A DNA stretch of 64,000 nucleotides from NCBI GenBank assembly GCA_001643675.2, contig LSRY02000002.1, forward strand, positions 2,542,001 through 2,606,000, written 5' to 3'. The stretch comes from Monocercomonoides exilis PA203 (Eukaryota; Protista; Preaxostyla). Of the stretch, positions 38,301 through 47,977 are shown piece by piece. Below the pieces are notes generated by a model. It worked only from the letters and a program-made list of their open reading frames with translations. It searched no databases and was not told where the DNA came from. The translations under genes were made by a program, and so were the position numbers. How positions within the stretch are numbered: position 1 is the stretch's first letter; every line of letters begins with the position of its first letter.

Positions 38301-40153
38301 CAAATAACAATCCATCTATTGAAAGATATCCATCACTGAGAAGAAATATCATCTGTTCAGACTCAGGAACATTGAATGTGCTGAGTTTGAAGGGAGGAGA
38401 TGGATTGAAGGATAATACTTCACTTTGGATGTTGAATGATGGATGCAGTTTTGAAGGGATTGCTTCAGAAAGGGATTCATCATTCTTTATTCCTGTGTTG
38501 GAGAGTGTGGAAGCAAAGGAAGAGACAGATAGAATGAAGCTGACATTCAAAGGGATGCTTCTTATTCCATGCAATCTGTCATTCTCAGTTGTGAAGAGGA
38601 AAGGAGAAGAGAAAGAGATTGAACATTACGATTTTGATTCAAATGGATTTTTATCGGAAAGAGAAGCAGAAGGAAGTGTGGCAAAAGATCTCATCAGCAG
38701 TTGTGGAAATGAAATTGAGGTGAGCGTACATGTTTTGTTTGGGAGATCAGAATCTCCTTCTTCAACGCACTCGTTCATCCTGAAGAACAGAAGCGAACCA
38801 GAATCAAAAAGAGATGAAAGGATTGCTGAAGGAGGAAACGAAGGAAAATCGTCGTGGGCGCTGATTGTGATTGTTATGTTGGCTGTGTTGTTTTTAATTG
38901 TCCTCATTGTATCAATTGTGGTAACTCTTCGATGGATGAATTCAAAGAGAAGAACAAAAGAATTAGAAGAGATCGTAAACGACACAGTGAAGAAGGATCC
39001 GAAGGCATTTGAAATGGTGACGATGGAGATGTCTCCCGAGGAGCAGTGGAGGAGAGCGGAGAGGGAGGCAGAAAAGAAGAATGAAGAGAGGATAAAGAAG
39101 AGAGTGTACGAGAAAAGCTTGGGGCACTCAGAGTCATCTGAACATCTTCTTTCCGAAAGCGGCTCAACAGAATACATTTTGGGGAGAGATTCAGACAAGA
39201 TCCCTCAATGGGCATTGGAGAATGTTGAGGAGGAAGAGACCAGAAAGCGAACACCGTCACCATCCATTTCATCCACTTCAACCACAGACACTTCAGACAC
39301 AGAATCCACATTTGTTCGCATGGAAGATGCGTGCCCAACCACTTCATCGATGTCGAATCTGGTGGATGCAATGGCCTGTTCGTCTCCTCATGAGAAACTG
39401 ATTGTGGACTTGAGAGATTCTCTGTTCATGCTGCTTCATGGGAGGAATGAAAAGAAGGAGATGGCTATCGGCACTCTGGAGGAGCGGGTGATGACTGGTG
39501 CTCAGATCCTGTTCTGGGTGGCCAATCTTGCTCTCCACTCCTTTGATGAAATGGAAAATCCTCTCCAATCACTGGCAAATCTGAGTCCTCACATTGTTCT
39601 TTTCTCAGAGCACATGGTGATCTGTGTTGCCCTCCACTCCGACTGCTCATCAGACTCCGACACTTCATCCTCCATCTCTTCATCAACTGTTGTGACCTCT
39701 GCCAGTGATGATGATGATGGTGACTCTCTTCCCTCATCAGCGTTTGAGGATGAGGATGATCTCAGGAAGGAGTGCATGCGGTGGAAGGCGCCTGAGCTGC
39801 TGATGAACAAGAAGATGGGAGCAACGAAGAAGTCGGTTGTGTTCTCGATCGGGATGATGCTGTGGGAGTGCCTGACGCTGCAGATCCCGTTTGGGGAGTA
39901 TGAGCCGATAATCGCTGGGCAGAAAATACTGAATGGAGAAAGACCAAACATGGATGTTCTTCAAGATTGCTATTTGAAGAGAATGTTGAAGAGTTGCTTC
40001 TCTGAGGCATCAATTGATCGACCATCGCTCAATGATTTGAAGCGAGAGTTTATCAAGTATTTTCCTGCAGGCTCAACAATTCCAACTGTAACAGATGCAA
40101 TCATGATTGAGAAAACGAGTGGAAGCAGCAAAGGAGAAAAGATTAGTGAATAA
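32345..40153 (+). CDS. Giant type-I membrane protein (2602 aa): signal peptide, Cys-rich beta-helix-like repeats, one TM helix, degenerate tyrosine-kinase-like C-lobe
   Basis: Intronless ORF. N-terminal hydrophobic LFLLLLFSC, repeated GGAI/GGGI and N.A..G.D.F motifs, CG-x4/5-C modules, TM WALIVIVMLAVLFLIVLIVSIVVTL, then RWKAPELL, VVFSIGMMLWECLTLQIPF, CFSEASIDRPSL. Confidence 0.85.
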   Translation: MIIKTELFLLLLFSCMEFQSNNAIDGIQVQRMRQDFNKIESLNEVLTKNDICNEISNKFGLNDKRFKVGEINHCFHFGSVVCSTVILHNSTSNNLHITFSTQNERAILNISGSSLSIISCRIICSESLENSLFYGEGLTIITNLTMRYCSENSLKASIFSFSCMNSAFIVQNSIFCDKMSIERSFLLSGTVGFEKVQNCIFRNISQKGEIVERVKNEGSWRESFMEDCLIECSKNALEGGISCGSCYSSCLFCRNTSFIGNTRSDILSSSQSRIDTTETQLYEKVEWINCNASCGGAIYIHDNFGASLTVNNSSFIRCNATSTRGGGIYAVSIAGCFVKDSTFEGCYCVSSTNNGGACIGMEFLSNQAFVENCLFKDGWSGNDAGGLGIWSSMTTRTKDCVVDCSFVNCSGNDGNSDGGGFTSWSPSDKIVLRNCLFQDCLSLYCGGGLSIQVGHFEGEALLFCFFHNNCCPRGNDIAVRDCSTSSKIAWCFTTRTDGNRYYADEDKSEWLPNGGRSRFVASKEIQANAKDTFSCGLNESYTCLTISHCLSQMIVGFVEEIKVLSGTVVEGKGIDIGEKTITVNGASSSGSAIETKFESNGLSLFCVGTGELAVSDLSVVHNSSFENNRQCRLFEVEGSGLMDVKRMNISMDAAHSEERSIQNSLVKLEGGELKMQDVRWEQTFSTTSVMSLSQESSVTLSLDNCAFSNIVRTTAGSSLMSVSEGLYSITLEGCTIDGCVNEDCEFGGGMMAEVGSGSSLNVKGGIVKNCYASATQGRGGGIGLKVKDTSADFLISSAFEGNRARWGSDIFVDSIDLESTATSGKITSLTASLETKSKMQGYENGDESFPIPLCVYLWNNFSPPAFVGGGSLSHDFSKCGFEEFPCSSISKAASLHFEGKIKDVALLEPFSFEEELELTSNEWSITSKEDEMKCDVSDQKEGAQSGLIENSVSVSVTGIVFSITKLLTFHESVFECHLGKLTLNECGMEGGDETISTVFVKAVGGVVEVSEFGSKSVAKWGFSFFIVEGDSRSKPSMNMTNSNFGEISFADGCVVECHNGNIEEISGCTFSSITRSKRSGGCISIVNNEDDDDGRDFKVEINDCTFEGCAITGEEGNEIGGGALFCEASSKTNLLINLCKFYYCRAPYEERSVGYGGGIMLKILKEEEGKAGFVISSLAFSSGKPNNAKYGKDLFISSPSLISSIKNETLPFVNDRLEMLTEDSMRGYDGENRECAIPLIYFWKKVGSNVHVDQEGNNVVVCGLSEYPCGSVDYGLKRGSRLGIESIAIQGTCNVRSEMRMSGMKLEGTNRESDKIQFVKEIEGDEDAVVECKGIVQFNGLGILIPSSFDNGASILIQTGSDSVKTSVVCCSINTSDNVIGEVSFVLISASKGIVSIEKTEIVGFSTMHEIMSISADCVTTMNNVIFKDISLSGKSAIAMREIEIPGNGNDNSEEERIVLFEQCSFLNVKHSMSSNPSFLFCDVPNEVNLKMENSTIDGCGSTSSNEGGGVFFLLNEKGSLEINHTNVTECFCSNIGRGGGIFLKSQSDSQKALPFVLSNITFKGNVALKGRDVFVKCTDLDSQISESQFLINFGEPFVRELAIWGCTADNYGDEEDLLGRVYVFRSEFMFVSSIVENSNDSKNCGEMKSACSSLNVGVSHIIPSDYSLLFVWNETVLTGSCSAQKVTIKSMEANRNAEIKVREFDLACEGVVRTSESVRFEKVSFVFSGMRNIVCSCLIHQLNGSLILESVSFLFENKTKENSQIIFDFSLIVVEEGIFQADRCSVGHLSFSKTVFEIFHSKMAAFEDVGVDDVECKSSLIECGKSEKVSVSKLTATNILLEDESLISLENSHSSLVLSLVLSSFTNISRSSDGPCIVCTSHPIGCFEMCNCSFHECSSELPKGSQIAMALVEKILIESCVFEGSLEERNENYMNQEEEICRWNGSLVDVEKSSVMIKDTTISNSPEGGITMSGGNVFIEAGNFSNNNPSIERYPSLRRNIICSDSGTLNVLSLKGGDGLKDNTSLWMLNDGCSFEGIASERDSSFFIPVLESVEAKEETDRMKLTFKGMLLIPCNLSFSVVKRKGEEKEIEHYDFDSNGFLSEREAEGSVAKDLISSCGNEIEVSVHVLFGRSESPSSTHSFILKNRSEPESKRDERIAEGGNEGKSSWALIVIVMLAVLFLIVLIVSIVVTLRWMNSKRRTKELEEIVNDTVKKDPKAFEMVTMEMSPEEQWRRAEREAEKKNEERIKKRVYEKSLGHSESSEHLLSESGSTEYILGRDSDKIPQWALENVEEEETRKRTPSPSISSTSTTDTSDTESTFVRMEDACPTTSSMSNLVDAMACSSPHEKLIVDLRDSLFMLLHGRNEKKEMAIGTLEERVMTGAQILFWVANLALHSFDEMENPLQSLANLSPHIVLFSEHMVICVALHSDCSSDSDTSSSISSSTVVTSASDDDDGDSLPSSAFEDEDDLRKECMRWKAPELLMNKKMGATKKSVVFSIGMMLWECLTLQIPFGEYEPIIAGQKILNGERPNMDVLQDCYLKRMLKSCFSEASIDRPSLNDLKREFIKYFPAGSTIPTVTDAIMIEKTSGSSKGEKISE

Positions 40154-40930
40154 TTTTGACTGTCAACGTGTCACGGAAACTTATGTTGAAAAGAAAAAAA
40201 AAATTAAATGACGAAGAGAATTTGACCTTGTTGAATATTTGTGAATGGAAGTTATAAAAATATTATATATTTTTGTCAAAAGTGATTTGTTCATCCGAAC
40301 TAATTTTTACTTATCTATTATCTCTCTGGTTATCAAGTTGGAGAAGAAATGACATTTCAAATTTGGTGTTATTATTATTATTGTGATGATTGATGTTTTT
40401 ATTCAAAAAGCTTAAAATATTGACTTTTGTGAAAAGATGTTTGTGATCAAAGAAAATAATATTCTGTGATTTTTTTGTTGGAATATTATTGTTAAAAATC
40501 ATTTTTTTTCATTTTGTGTGGATAGATTACATTTGCTTGTATTGCAAAATGTGCCATAAAATATTACTTTTTTGGGCTAATGAATTCGTGTGAAATCTCA
40601 AGCAATCTTTTAATATTTGAAGCCCAATTAAAGGCACTATCTACTTGGTATTTGTAAGATTTTTTTGAATTTTTTGAAAAATAATTTCAAAAAACTGGAA
40701 AGCACCTTAAGTTTCCGAATTATTATCGCATTTTATTATTGTAAATTTTTAACAATATTCTTATAAAGTTTTAAATACGAAAAAAATGTCATGAAACAAA
40801 AAACAGAATGCAGCAAGCATTTACAAAGTCTGAAAAAAATATTCAACTACTATCAAAAATTAAAATATTAAACAAATAGCTTTTCTATAAAAAGAAAAAG
40901 TATTAGTTGTAAATATAGGTTAGAGAATGA

Positions 40931-43900
40931 TCAATTAAGAAACGAAGCAGAAGATGGCCCATTAAAATCTGAAAGACGAATCGGAGAAAACATTTCTGGA
41001 TCAACCTCTGTAAGATGATGCTGGGAGTCGCTTAAGGATTGCGCAGCAGAAGAGCATCGAGACGAAGCAGATGCCTTTGTGGAGATAATGCTGGTATTCG
41101 ATGAATCCAAAGAAGTTCGAGAAGAGCTTGAAGGAGAAGGAGGCGTTCCAGATGAAATTGACGATGAAAAATGATGGACACACGATGATGTACTGTTGCT
41201 TTTTGATGGGTGCTGTTCATGAGCGTTATAAAAGGTCTGAAGGGTGCCGAATGATGAGACGTCTGAAGGTTTTGAAGATTGCTGCTGAGCAGTTGTGATT
41301 TCTGAAGTTGTTGCAGAGGAAGCTTCTGTGAAGATGGTGGAAGTAGCTGGCGAAGTGCTGCAAGACATGCAGCGAAGCGACTTAGAAACCGACGGAGAAG
41401 GTGGAAGTGAAGTTGCCCGTGGCTGTGAAGGCGGACAGGTAGGAAATGCTTCCTGAAGCTCTGAGTATGAACTGTTATTTGTGAGTATCTGCGCCAGCGA
41501 CTTGTTAGAATATGAACGGCAAAACGAACGTGAATGAGTTTGTGCAGCAGACTCCTTTGAGTTAAAATCAGATGCTTTCTCGGTGCATGGAACAGACAGC
41601 TCGTATTGATCCAGCTTATCAGAGTGCTCGCAGGAAGTTGTTTGCAGCGGCATTTGAACTACTTGCTTTGAATCTGTCGACTGCTCAGAGTGCATTATAC
41701 CTTTCTGCTTCAATTCGAGAAGTGCGTCTTTGACAAACGTGTAATCAGGAGTCGGGCAGCTTTCGCTGGCATCGTACTCTTCAATCGCATTTGGAGTCGC
41801 AAGATGGCTTGGGTTCATCAGTTGATACATGTTTTGATACATCGGAAATTGAGGCAAAGCACGTGAATCGTCATGAGGAAGCGGTTCATCGGCCAAATCG
41901 TCATTTTTCATGTTTATACAGCTTTCGTTTGTATCGGGACCTGGAGGACAAGAATTTGAGGGTGGAAAAGTTATTTGAAGCATTTTAGCTTCGCATTTTC
42001 GACGCATCTCTTCAGTCTCGTCTGATCCAACGGGCGCGCAAGGTAAATTATTGGCTTCTTCTGCTACAATAATGTTAGCATTTATTGTCGGTTCATCGCG
42101 TTCTATTTTGTTGGGGTCCACTTGCTGCATCTCCTTCTTTTTCTTCCTTCGAAGCACAAAAAACACAACTGTCATGATTGTCACTGCCGCTGTCACAGAC
42201 ACCGCTGCCGCTACGCTTCCGACGACAATCTCTTTCGACACGTTTCCTGCGCCTTTGCCTGTTCCGTCGTCTGTTCTGTTTCTGAGGCACACACTTGACG
42301 TTTGAGATGTGCACGAGTCATTAGCGCGAAAAAGGATAGCTGCAAATACAAAGCAATTGGCGGGGGCATTGCTAACAAGAGACGATGGAATTGAGCCGAT
42401 TGCTGTTGTCTCGTTGAGTACAGACGTAAAATGAAATGTGTATTCTTCAGCTTTCGATCTGGCAGGCATTTCTATTGCTTTGCTATGTTCCGCAGCTACT
42501 TCAAAATAGCCTTGCTTTTCTAATTGTTCTGAAGAAATAATGATTTGAAATGAAAGATCGCAAGGAAAAAGTAGCTGACCTCGGAATGTCAACTCCAAAT
42601 CATCGTTTATTGCCTGAGAAGTGACTGTTGCGAGAGAAGGGATGAAAAACGGAGAAGATCTTTCGGCAGCCAGTCCGATGAAGGTGCATCCTTCATTCAT
42701 GAACCACATTGATGCTCCGCTTCTTGCACCATCGCCGCTCTGAAGACTTTGCACGTCGACGCTGCCTGCTCCTTCACACAGAAGATTCTGAGAAAAAGAA
42801 GGAAACGCATCAAACCCGATCTGATTGCTCTCAAAGCGGCACTGCTGAATAGCAACGCTGCTTCGATAAACAGAAATGGCGCCTTTGGAAGAGCGAGTAA
42901 AGGAGACCGAATTCAAAATGGCTGTGCAGTCTTCAAAATGCAGAAGCGACGAAGCAGAAATGCAAGTGAGAGAAGAAGACGAGTGAGAAGGTGAATGACG
43001 CAAATGAAATGATTCCTTTTTCAATACATACGGATGATGAAGTGAAGTTTGTAAGGGTAAATCTGAGGTGGGTAAATGAAGAACAGAAGAGGCAGCATAC
43101 TGTGAAGATGCTGCCATAACAGAAACAGATCGATAAAAGTTGTCCGGATGTTGTGAAATGTTGGAGGCGTTGCTAATTTCAGGAATATCGTGAAGTGCCG
43201 AATGAAGTGACCTGTTATGAAATGGGGCAGAAGGTGAGAGAGAAGAATCAGATAAGCCATCTGCAGAACTTAACTGCAAATTGGAAGAGGAAGAAGAGAA
43301 AGTCGAAAACGAAGTGTTATTGATGCTAACATTGGGGCAGTTCTTGAGAGTGAACAGTGATCCTTTGTTATTCGTGTAGTGAGCATTGCGCGAGAGGATT
43401 CCGTCAGACAGAGAAACATTAGAGCACGAGGAAAAAGACATAAGCGGAGAAAAAGTGACTAATTGGGAGGCCAAAGAATGAATTTTAACGGAACAGTTCG
43501 ATATGTTGAAGAGACAGAACGAATAAAACAGCATCGAATGCTGAGAAAAGAAAGAATGCCCGCTGGAATTATCAGCCGCTGAAGAATTAGAACGTGCATC
43601 AACTAAAAAAGGATAAGCTCCGACGAGCAAGTCAGACAAATGTATATCAAGAGAATTGATGGCTGTGCTTATCATCACATTGTTCAATGCGAATCTTCCA
43701 GAAATCACTGCAAAAAGCGCATTTCCGTTGCTCAGCTGGAATGTTGCACCAAACCCCAAAATAAGGTTGGAAATGCCGCTGTTGCCAGAAAAAAGAAAAG
43801 CAGAACCCGAAGCAAAAGACTGTAAAGAAGATTCGAACATCAGGCAAGAAAAGTTGCATTGCTGATCTCCGTTCGACCTGAGTTGTTGTTTTAAAGAGAG

Positions 43901-46900
43901 ATCCCTAATGATTCGTGTGAAGGAGCAAGAAGACGTCTGTCCATCAACCGAAGAACTGATTAGGGTGCTTTTGAACTCGTAGCAGTTGGTGATCGAGTAA
44001 GTGTTGGTAACAATGAGCGTGTTCTGTTCGGCTGTCTGTGCGGCAGCTGTGGAAAAGGTGTCTGTAGGAGGAAAATGCAGAAGAGCCTCGCCAAGCGTTT
44101 TGCACGGCATGTTTTCTTTTCCGCAGAAGATCGAGTCAACACCGTCGGAAGACGAGAGAACCACGAAATACCACACAAACACGATGCCTTCAGATACAAG
44201 ATCGGTGACGTTGAATGAATGAGAATCTGTTCCGCAAACAGAATTTGTAAGATCGTTGTCAAGGGGACTCATGATGAGTGAAAAGCAAGTTAGCTTCATT
44301 TGCGCCGGTAGATTGTTGTAATAAATGAATATATCCTTTCCATACGTTGCAGAATTGTTGCACATCCTATCATATTTGAAATCGAATGGCTCCAGTGAAT
44401 AAAATGAAGATGGAAGCGATGGTGAAGACGGTGAGATAGGAACTGAATAATAATAATATGAATGAAAAGAAGAAACTGGAATTGTTAGATTAATAAACAC
44501 AGCTCCTCCCAAACTGATTGATTCCTCAAATGCCTTGTTATCTTCAATGCACACGCATCCCTCAAAATAGGAATAAGATATTTCCATTCTATCTCCTTCT
44601 CCCATAATCATTCCCAGAGCACCTCCAGCTAAGCAATATTCCGAAGAAACAGACTTTGCTGAGACATTGCAGATGGTCAGATCAACTGGTGTAAGCGAAG
44701 GCGGAACAGAAGGAGGATTTTGTGGTGGTGGATAAAGTGTGTTGAGAGCGGTGAACACAACAGGCACAGCAGATGATGATGAGATATTGCTAATGTTGCT
44801 GTCGCATATTTCTATGATGCGCTGAACTGAAGGGTCGTATGCGAGGTTGAGGGACTCAAAAAGACAAATGAGAGATTTTTGAGTTGTTATTTCGCTGAAA
44901 CTTGTGTTGCTCAGTCGGAGTGCTCCATTTACGACAACAAAGACATAACAAGAAGCAACGGACGAAGAAGAAGATGTGATACGAAGAGTGTTGACAGAAA
45001 TAGAACCAAATTTTGCAGGGGTCGTTGAAGAAAGCAAAAAAGTGGGTGCAGACAGTGAAGATTGCAGGAGAGAAACGCGGATGCGAAAGATGGACAAGGA
45101 GCCTGTGCTGACTGAAAGGAGAGAGCCTGACTCGAGGCTGGACGTAGAAAGTGTCGAGGTCTCTGCCGTACAGCCTTCAATCACTAGCTTTTTGCTACTT
45201 ACGTTTCCGCCTTGAAATGTCGTGAAGGTTCCTTCTCCGAAAATAACCCTCGAAGTGCTCCTTTCTCCGTCGTCGGCGTAGTTTACCGCCTCAAAAAGCG
45301 AGCTGCAGGGAAAGATCGGACTCGCTCCGCAAAGAATTGTGGAGTCTCCTTGAGACTGAAACTCGGCAACGTATCGTTCAAAAATCAACGTGGATATCCA
45401 ATTGTCGCATTGAATGCCTCGAGACTTTAGAAGAATTTGCGCTCCGTCCTGATTTGTAAAGGCATCTGAAAAGATGTTTTTATCCAATCCACAATGAGGT
45501 TGCTCTTCATCAAATAATACCAAGTATCCTGAATCTGTCTGCTTGCAGCTTAGAAAGTACAAACTCTTAAATAGTATTAAGTTATTTCGCACGTTTGAAT
45601 TGAGAGAGAAATAAAGAAATAATGCGCCCATGTCTGTATCAATGCTTGTACACAATCTAAATTTCGATCCAACAGATAAGCAGCTATCTTCTTCAGAAAC
45701 GTTAAAATCGCATATGTATAACGCCCCTCCAGAAGAGAAAGACTGACACTCGCTAAAGGTATTATAATCCAATTGTATTGATGAAATTTTGTAGAGAGAT
45801 AGGCCTCCTCCACATCCTCCCAAGGAAACGCAGTTATTAAATACAGAATTCGTTATAATCCCAGTGTTAATTCCAGAAGCTGCAATAGCTCCGCCGTTAT
45901 GTGAAGATCTGCACGCTCTGAAATCGCAAGTATCAATGGAAAGAGAAATACTTACACCACTTCCGGCTTGTGGAGAAATATTTATTGCGCCTCCTTGGCA
46001 GTTTTCATCTTCCGTTTGGCACGTCGTTGAAAGATTTGGCGTTGTACAGTAGTAAAATGAATCGAGCTGAAAGTAAACAGATTTTTTAATAATTTGTTGT
46101 TGAGTATGCTTTTTCAAAACATTTGGCTTCGATGATCTGTAACAGTGTTCACATGTATTGTTCAATGAATATAATGAGTACATAACAGAGCTACTGTCAT
46201 CCATAATTCCATTATTTATTACATTTTCACACATATAAAAGCAAGAGCATTGCATATATGAATAATCTACGTTCAAAACCTGAATGTTAGAAGAAAATGG
46301 CTTATTAACGCTACGTGAAATATTGCACATTTTCATTTTATGGAAATGAACTAATTCTCCCTTTCCAAAACACAATGGATTTGAACACAGAAGCGATAAT
46401 GAAGAAAAATCAGATTCTTCAATAAAAAATGAACCGCACCCGCTAAGTAATTGCACAAAAAAAGAAAAAGAAGTAGATTGAACAAGGCGATGAAGAAATG
46501 AAATGTTCTTCGCGTGTATAAGCCCGCTTGAAGAAATAACAGAAATATCATTATGAATTGTTTGCAAAAACTGGCAATGAAAAACATCAATACAAGAATT
46601 CTGATCAGAAATTAAAATTGAAGAATTAACATCTTGAATTATTTCTGTGCATATTAAACCAATGCTAGAATTATTCAATAATACGCAAGGCTTTGAACAA
46701 AAACGAAAACAAATAAATGAAGCATATTCCGAAAGACCAAAAAAAGATTCAATTGAAGATATTTCCATCTCGTTTTTGCTAAAAGAAAAAAAGAAAAAGA
46801 AAATGATAGCCCCCAAAAGAATCATCCATCTATAATAAAAGATCGTGTTTTGCCCATAAATTTTTTCTATTTCAAAATGTTCATACGGGATAAAATTTTT

Positions 46901-46954
46901 GCATTTATGAAAGAAACAACGATTTGTTCCAAACTTTTTCTCCAACCTTATCAT
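40931..46954 (-). CDS. Giant type-I membrane protein (2007 aa) of the same ectodomain family, with a Ser-rich disordered tail and no kinase; true start may be the Met of MILLGAII (~46825)
   Basis: Intronless ORF with GGAI repeats, CGASPIFPC and CGKENMPC modules, NNSATYGKDIF, a juxtamembrane block homologous to the 2602-aa protein, and TM IVVGSVAAAVSVTAAVTIMTVVFFVL followed by RRKKKK. Confidence 0.82.
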   Translation of the reverse strand: MIRLEKKFGTNRCFFHKCKNFIPYEHFEIEKIYGQNTIFYYRWMILLGAIIFFFFFSFSKNEMEISSIESFFGLSEYASFICFRFCSKPCVLLNNSSIGLICTEIIQDVNSSILISDQNSCIDVFHCQFLQTIHNDISVISSSGLIHAKNISFLHRLVQSTSFSFFVQLLSGCGSFFIEESDFSSLSLLCSNPLCFGKGELVHFHKMKMCNISRSVNKPFSSNIQVLNVDYSYMQCSCFYMCENVINNGIMDDSSSVMYSLYSLNNTCEHCYRSSKPNVLKKHTQQQIIKKSVYFQLDSFYYCTTPNLSTTCQTEDENCQGGAINISPQAGSGVSISLSIDTCDFRACRSSHNGGAIAASGINTGIITNSVFNNCVSLGGCGGGLSLYKISSIQLDYNTFSECQSFSSGGALYICDFNVSEEDSCLSVGSKFRLCTSIDTDMGALFLYFSLNSNVRNNLILFKSLYFLSCKQTDSGYLVLFDEEQPHCGLDKNIFSDAFTNQDGAQILLKSRGIQCDNWISTLIFERYVAEFQSQGDSTILCGASPIFPCSSLFEAVNYADDGERSTSRVIFGEGTFTTFQGGNVSSKKLVIEGCTAETSTLSTSSLESGSLLSVSTGSLSIFRIRVSLLQSSLSAPTFLLSSTTPAKFGSISVNTLRITSSSSSVASCYVFVVVNGALRLSNTSFSEITTQKSLICLFESLNLAYDPSVQRIIEICDSNISNISSSSAVPVVFTALNTLYPPPQNPPSVPPSLTPVDLTICNVSAKSVSSEYCLAGGALGMIMGEGDRMEISYSYFEGCVCIEDNKAFEESISLGGAVFINLTIPVSSFHSYYYYSVPISPSSPSLPSSFYSLEPFDFKYDRMCNNSATYGKDIFIYYNNLPAQMKLTCFSLIMSPLDNDLTNSVCGTDSHSFNVTDLVSEGIVFVWYFVVLSSSDGVDSIFCGKENMPCKTLGEALLHFPPTDTFSTAAAQTAEQNTLIVTNTYSITNCYEFKSTLISSSVDGQTSSCSFTRIIRDLSLKQQLRSNGDQQCNFSCLMFESSLQSFASGSAFLFSGNSGISNLILGFGATFQLSNGNALFAVISGRFALNNVMISTAINSLDIHLSDLLVGAYPFLVDARSNSSAADNSSGHSFFSQHSMLFYSFCLFNISNCSVKIHSLASQLVTFSPLMSFSSCSNVSLSDGILSRNAHYTNNKGSLFTLKNCPNVSINNTSFSTFSSSSSNLQLSSADGLSDSSLSPSAPFHNRSLHSALHDIPEISNASNISQHPDNFYRSVSVMAASSQYAASSVLHLPTSDLPLQTSLHHPYVLKKESFHLRHSPSHSSSSLTCISASSLLHFEDCTAILNSVSFTRSSKGAISVYRSSVAIQQCRFESNQIGFDAFPSFSQNLLCEGAGSVDVQSLQSGDGARSGASMWFMNEGCTFIGLAAERSSPFFIPSLATVTSQAINDDLELTFRGQLLFPCDLSFQIIISSEQLEKQGYFEVAAEHSKAIEMPARSKAEEYTFHFTSVLNETTAIGSIPSSLVSNAPANCFVFAAILFRANDSCTSQTSSVCLRNRTDDGTGKGAGNVSKEIVVGSVAAAVSVTAAVTIMTVVFFVLRRKKKKEMQQVDPNKIERDEPTINANIIVAEEANNLPCAPVGSDETEEMRRKCEAKMLQITFPPSNSCPPGPDTNESCINMKNDDLADEPLPHDDSRALPQFPMYQNMYQLMNPSHLATPNAIEEYDASESCPTPDYTFVKDALLELKQKGIMHSEQSTDSKQVVQMPLQTTSCEHSDKLDQYELSVPCTEKASDFNSKESAAQTHSRSFCRSYSNKSLAQILTNNSSYSELQEAFPTCPPSQPRATSLPPSPSVSKSLRCMSCSTSPATSTIFTEASSATTSEITTAQQQSSKPSDVSSFGTLQTFYNAHEQHPSKSNSTSSCVHHFSSSISSGTPPSPSSSSRTSLDSSNTSIISTKASASSRCSSAAQSLSDSQHHLTEVDPEMFSPIRLSDFNGPSSASFLN

Positions 46955-47170
46955 TATAAGTCTTTCATTCCCATGTCAAAAAAAATGCAGAAAAATACTA
47001 AAATTGAGAAAAATATTTGTTTGAGTTGAATGGAACAAAATTCATAAAGCAAAATATTTCGTCCCATCCTCATTTATCACAAAAACAATAATTTTATCAT
47101 TCAGCATGCTCTGAAAAAATATTGTTTTCAATTGTGTTATCTATCCAAATTTGACTGTTGTGAGATTTCG

Positions 47171-47685
<515 letters not shown>

Positions 47686-47977
47686 AATGAAATGAATTAT
47701 TTCAATTTTTTTTTGAAACAATTCAGTTAAGAAAATTTTCTTCAAAATAAAAACTAATAAATAAATTTTAAAACTTGGGGATAAAAGGGCTTTCAAGCTT
47801 TTTTTTCACAACTTAAAAAAACTTTGTTTCACTGACAACCTTTTTTTATATTCTCTGATTTCCCTACAAATTAAATTTAATATCTGTTGATAAGCATTAG
47901 TGGGTTATAATATTCAAATTCGTGACATTCGAATAACTCGAAATAATGATCTCTTTTAATTTTCTTTTGGATAATAC

